From the NCBI RefSeq assembly GCF_009914755.1, contig NC_060927.1: DNA of 64,000 bases. The stretch is one strand, 5' to 3'. A program made the position numbers and the translations under genes. Origin of the DNA: the human T2T-CHM13v2.0 reference genome, Homo sapiens. The notes under the pieces are model-generated. The model ran no database searches, was not told the DNA's origin, and was given only the letters and a program-made list of their open reading frames with translations. Positions 59,258-64,000 of this stretch are shown here, one piece after another (the first letter of the stretch is position 1; every line of letters begins with the position of its first letter).

Positions 59258-59991
59258 TCTCACTTATTAAAGAAAAGAGTAAGTCATGAAGCAGTGTGAT
59301 TGCGCTCACTGTCATCCACACCATCATTATGTTTAACATTTCTCACACATTATTATCACCTCCATGCTATCCCTGCTCTCGGGATGCCTCTCACACAGTC
59401 TTCGTTACCTTTGGAGTTCGTCTATGTTGTTTTAAAGATGATGCTCAGAATGGGACCATGTTAAAACATCTGAAAGGTGAATCATTGATTTAGAGTCAGT
59501 GAAGATGCAATAACTTATTCCCAATCAGAGAGATCATCCCCTTAGACTCAGTAGCCCTCCATGATCTAGCTGCTGCCTCTCTGTCTGCCTCAGCTGCTGA
59601 TGCCTTTCCCTGCATATTTCATGTTCCAACCATTGCCAAAGGATTTACAATTATTCAAACAAGCTTCAGCCCTTTTCATAGCCTTCAACTTCTCTTAGAT
59701 AATAGTTCATGTCTCTGGATTATGAAAATGAGAGGAAAAGGGGAAAAGGACAGTCAGCTGACTTGACTAAGATTCAAGAGAGCTGGATGACACTTCAGGT
59801 TCACACTGCAATCTGTATGATCTTGGATAACTCAGGTATACTCTGTGGGCCTCAGCATCTTTGGCTGCAAAGGAGAGGCTAGACTGACTGTTTCCCAAAT
59901 TTCAGTTATTTTTGCCAGATTTCTGCCATAGCTGTGTACCATTTGTATATGTTCACATTTTTCTTTCAATAGTCTTCCTTAAAAAAAATTT

Positions 59992-60290
59992 AGTGGGCAA
60001 GCACAGTGGCTCATGCCTGTAATCCCAGCACTTTGGGAGGGGGATGTGGGAGGATAGCATGAGCCTAGGAGTTTGAGACCAACCTGGGCAACATAGCAAG
60101 ATCCAAGTCTTTACAAAAAAACATTAGCCAGGCGTGTTGGCACATGTGTGTGTGGTCCCAGCTACTTGGGAGGCTGAGGCGGGAGGATGGCTTGAGCTCA
60201 GGAGGTCAGGCTGCAGTGAGCCATGATTGTGCCACTACATTCCAGCCTAGGTGACAGAGTGAGACCCTATTTCAAAAAAGAAAAAGAGAA
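59992..60290 (+). mobile_element. AluJ(o)-like
   Basis: ggcaacatagcaaga; ggaggtcaggctgcagtgagccatgattgtgcc. Confidence 0.92.
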
Positions 60291-60624
60291 GCAGTTTAGC
60301 CATGTCGTAAGCAATAACATTTGTGAGATGCTAATTAAGAAGGATCTGTGTTAAGGGAATTGCTGGCTATGAAAACTTGGTGCTTAAACTTAAGTGGTTC
60401 TTCTCTTCTACCCACACCTAAATTCAGAACCCAAACACTGGACAAATATTCACTACCACCAACTCCAGCTATTAATCACTGCCCCTCTGCAAAATGAGGG
60501 TTTGGCTTACAATCATTAAGGACGATTCTATAACCATGAATTATTTTACCTTATAATGCTAGTATCTACAATCCTGTCCTAATATAGCTGATAGAGTAAT
60601 AACTATCTCCATATTCATCTACAG

Positions 60625-60737
60625 AACCCACCAAACCACCAGCCAGTATCTTTGCCAGAAGTCTTTCTGCCACAGATATTGAAGTTTTCTGGGCCTCCCC
60701 ACTGGAGAAGAATAGAGGACGAATACAAGGTTATGAG
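60625..60737 (+). CDS. CNTN4: Contactin-4 coding exon (113 nt; first half of FN3-3)
   Basis: catctacag| ... GAG|gtaggc; (E)[37 protein letters not shown]. Confidence 0.95.
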
Positions 60738-61291
60738 GTAGGCAAGACATATGTGCCTTGGGTCTGAAAGAGAGTCTATGCCCCTTGATAAGTCCTCCAA
60801 GTCACATTCTTATAGGAAGAGACCCACATTCCCACTAAGAGGCATTGGTTTTAGGCCTGGCTTCCAGCTGAACATTAATGGAAGCATTGAATACTCAGCT
60901 GTGAGACTACCCTTTTTCTATGTTATATTCTAGAGGTATTTTTCGAATTATATGCAAATCTAAGCATTTACGGGATGGTTGGCAAAATGAGCTTTGACTT
61001 CTGATATGCCCAGGATCACTTTGACTCAAAACAAACATGGGAAAAAAGAAAATAATGAACGACGGTTGTGTCAATGTACCGTCTCACTAGGAAGCTAAGG
61101 ACAAAAAAGGGACCCTTCTTACTTTGGATAATTTCTCAGGATATACAGAGTCCTTTGTCCTGATAGCTCTGCTCATGATGTAGTATAGAAAACTAACTCC
61201 ATCATAAGAATCTGCGTACAAAATTACCTGATGACATTGCAAATATCCCCATTGGGTATGGTTTCCAAGGTCTTTCTGTTTATCTTCTTAG

Positions 61292-61478
61292 GTTAAATAT
61301 TGGAGACATGAAGACAAAGAAGAAAATGCTAGAAAAATACGAACAGTTGGAAATCAGACATCAACAAAAATCACGAACTTAAAAGGCAGTGTGCTGTATC
61401 ACTTAGCTGTCAAGGCATATAATTCTGCTGGGACAGGCCCCTCTAGTGCAACAGTCAATGTGACAACCCGAAAGCCAC
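61292..61478 (+). CDS. CNTN4: Contactin-4 coding exon (187 nt; second half of FN3-3)
   Basis: tcttcttag| ... CCAC|gtaaga; [62 protein letters not shown]. Confidence 0.96.
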
Positions 61479-61906
61479 GTAAGAACAGACTTGCTCAGAA
61501 ATATTTTGGGGATTCATCACACATATCCCAAGTTTATTCCTTATCCCCACCTCCCAATGATCATTTGCATACTAATTAGTAGCATGTGGATTCAAATTTC
61601 CCTCAGCATTTTAACTGAACCTTTCCGTATACCACGCAAAATTCATTGCTGTGGAGGACAGAAAGATAAATGTTTTTCTCCTCACTGGGAAGGGCTACTT
61701 CTTTTAGCTATAAATGTTAGGCGACCAACTGAATCTTTTTCCATTTGCAATGCTGTATCTCATCAGATTTTAGTGACCTTGAAGACACATATTAGTGCAA
61801 TAGCCCATTAAATTGCCTCCACTCTCGAATTCTAGTAAGGAGATATTCCTCAGAATCCATTGAGACTTAATAATCTGTGACTTCGTATATCTTAATTTTT
61901 TTATAG

Positions 61907-62019
61907 CACCAAGTCAACCCCCCGGAAACATCATATGGAATTCATCAGACTCCAAAATTATCCTGAATTGGGATCAAGTGAAGGCCCTGGATAATGAGTC
62001 GGAAGTAAAAGGATACAAA
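61907..62019 (+). CDS. CNTN4: Contactin-4 coding exon (113 nt; first half of FN3-4); remaining exons lie beyond the window
   Basis: ttttttatag| ... AAA|gtaggt; (P)[37 protein letters not shown]. Confidence 0.95.
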
Positions 62020-62594
62020 GTAGGTAATTTCTTTTTTGCAAAGGCACCTAATCGTGCTGTGAGTGGGGGCAGTCTCCTCCATGAATTATACAGTTGTCTG
62101 CATTGTCAGTTTCCCTGGTGATGCTCTCCTACCCTCTAGGAATCGCTGCCTCCAACACGGTTTGATCTGAGTTGTATAAATAGTCTATGGCAATTGGTCA
62201 GGATTTAGACAATCACCTTAACTTTAGTCTCAGGCAGCATCAATCAGAAATGGATAAAGACCCTGTGTTTGGGTCTCCAAAAATACCCTGAAGAACCACT
62301 TTTTAAACATTCCTACTGTCAGCTTCGTTTTGCTCCTGTCTCGGTTTATATATATTTTTTAGTCAACTTAGTAGCCTCCTGGTATTACCAATGATTAATC
62401 ATTTTTGTTCGTATGTTTCTATAGTCAAGAGTTATATAAAGAAAAAGAGAAAAGAGAGAAAAAGCAGGAAAAGTGGAGAAAATGTTTGCCTGACCCCATA
62501 AATGTTGGCTTGTCTTTAATGAGAAAATGAAAAGAACATGTCTGTAGCCTTCTTGCAGCAATCAAAAAGGGTTATAAATATCTTGCAACGTTTC

Positions 62595-62935
62595 CAGCTA
62601 CCTATTTGCTACCTAACAAACCAACCTGAAGCTAGGGGCTAAAACAGCAACAGTGTATCATTTTTTATGACTTTGCAATGTGGATAGGGCCAGAATGGAC
62701 AGATTTTAGGGCTGGAATAACTAAGATGCTTCTTCACACACTTTTGGCTTCTTGGATGGGATAGGTGGGAAAGCTGAGGCTGGCCAGTGATCATGCTCTC
62801 TATGAGGCCTTTCCCCACGGATAACCTGGGCTTCCTCACAGTATGGTGACCTCAGAGTAGTCGGATTTCTTACATAGTTGTCAGCTTCAAGAGGAAGAAA
62901 GCAGAAGCTGCCAGCCCTTTTAAAAGCTAAGGATG
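62595..62935 (-). mobile_element. Old MLT1-type LTR, interrupted by the L1
   Basis: tgggcttcctcacagtatggtgacctcagagtagtcggatttcttacat..gcagaagctgccagccctt. Confidence 0.65.
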
Positions 62936-62940
62936 GACGT

Positions 62941-64000
62941 GGGCAGTTCCAAGATGGCCAAATAGGAACAGCTCCAGTCTATAGCTCCCAGCGTGAGCAA
63001 CGCAGTAGACTGGTGATTTCTACATTTCCAACTGAGGTACTGGGTTCATCTCAATGGGGCTTGTCGGACAGTGGGCGCAGGACAGTGGGGGAAGTGCACC
63101 GAGCATAAGCTGAAGCAGGGCGAGGCATCGCCTCACCTGGGAAGGGCAAAGGGTCAAGGAATTCCCTTTCCTAGCCAAGCAAAGCTGTGACAGACAGCAC
63201 CTGGAAGATCAGGGCACTCCCACCCTAATACTAATACTGCGCTTTTCCAATGGTCTTAGCAAACGGCACACCAGGAGATTATATCCCATGCATGGCTCAG
63301 AGGGTCCCATGCCCGGCTCAGAGGGTCCCATGCCCACAGAGCCTTGCTCGTTGCTAGCACAGCAGTCTGAGATCGAACTGCAAGGCAGCAGTGAGGCTGG
63401 GGGAGGGGGCGCCTGCCATTGCTGAGGCTTGAGTAGGTAAATAGCGGCCTGGAAGCTCAAACTGGGTGGAGCCCACTGCAGCTCAAGGAGGCCTGCCTGC
63501 CTCCTTGCCCTCTGGGGGCAGGGCATAGCCAAACAAAAGGCAGCAGAAACCTCTGCAGACTTAAATGTCCCTGTCTGACAGCTTTGAAGAGAATAGTGTT
63601 TCCCCCAGCACGGAGTTTGAGATCTGAGAATGGACAGACTCCCTCCTCAAGTGGTTCCCTGACCCCCGAGTAGCCTAACTGGGAGGTACCCCCCAGTAGG
63701 GGCAGACTGACACCTCACACAGCCAGGTACCCCTCTGAGACAAAACTTCCAGAGGAACGATCAGGCAGCAACATTTGCTGTTCAGCAATATTTGCTGTTT
63801 TGCAGCCTCCGCTGCTGAAACCCAGGCAAACAGGGTCTGGAGTGGACCTCCAGCAAACTCCAGCAGACCTGCAGCTGAGGGTCCTGACTGTTAGAAGGAA
63901 CACTAACAAACAGAAAGGACATCCACACCAAAACCCCATCTGTACGTCACCATCATCAAAGACCAAAGGTAGATAAAACCACAGATATGGGGAAAAAATA
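62941..64000 (+). mobile_element. Primate L1 (about L1PA4-PA6): complete 5'UTR and start of ORF1, continuing beyond the window
   Basis: Begins gggcagttccaagatggccaaataggaacagctccagtct (YY1 site 62950-59); retains the ~129-bp segment (~63730-63858) absent from the youngest L1s; ORF1 ATGGGGAAAAAA at 63987; endonuclease-type TT|AAAA at 62920-25. Confidence 0.95.

Overview
Primate (almost certainly human) genomic DNA lying entirely inside the neural cell-adhesion gene CNTN4 (contactin-4/BIG-2) on the + strand. Ten coding exons (6664-6791 through 61907-62019) splice at canonical AG/GT sites with fully consistent phases. Together they encode the end of Ig5, Ig6, FN3 repeats 1-3 and the start of FN3-4; the gene continues beyond both window ends. 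The rest is intronic, including one 37.6-kb intron. It holds a disabled DNAJC19 (TIM14) processed pseudogene on the - strand, 17 Alus, MIR/L2/L3/L1M fragments, MaLR LTRs, several DNA-transposon MITEs, microsatellites, and the complete 5'UTR of a primate L1PA at the right edge. There is no CRISPR array, rRNA or tRNA. I cannot demonstrate a wholly new system. The best leads are: (i) an L1 antisense-promoter/variant-ORF0 unit aimed back across five CNTN4 exons toward a minus-strand poly(A) signal, (ii) a recursive-splice-like AG|GT site and an in-frame cryptic exon in the long intron, (iii) an unexplained 42-bp-arm palindrome, and (iv) an overlapping RE1-half/CTCF-like motif. Exon numbers and repeat subfamily names are from memory, and repeat boundaries are approximate.
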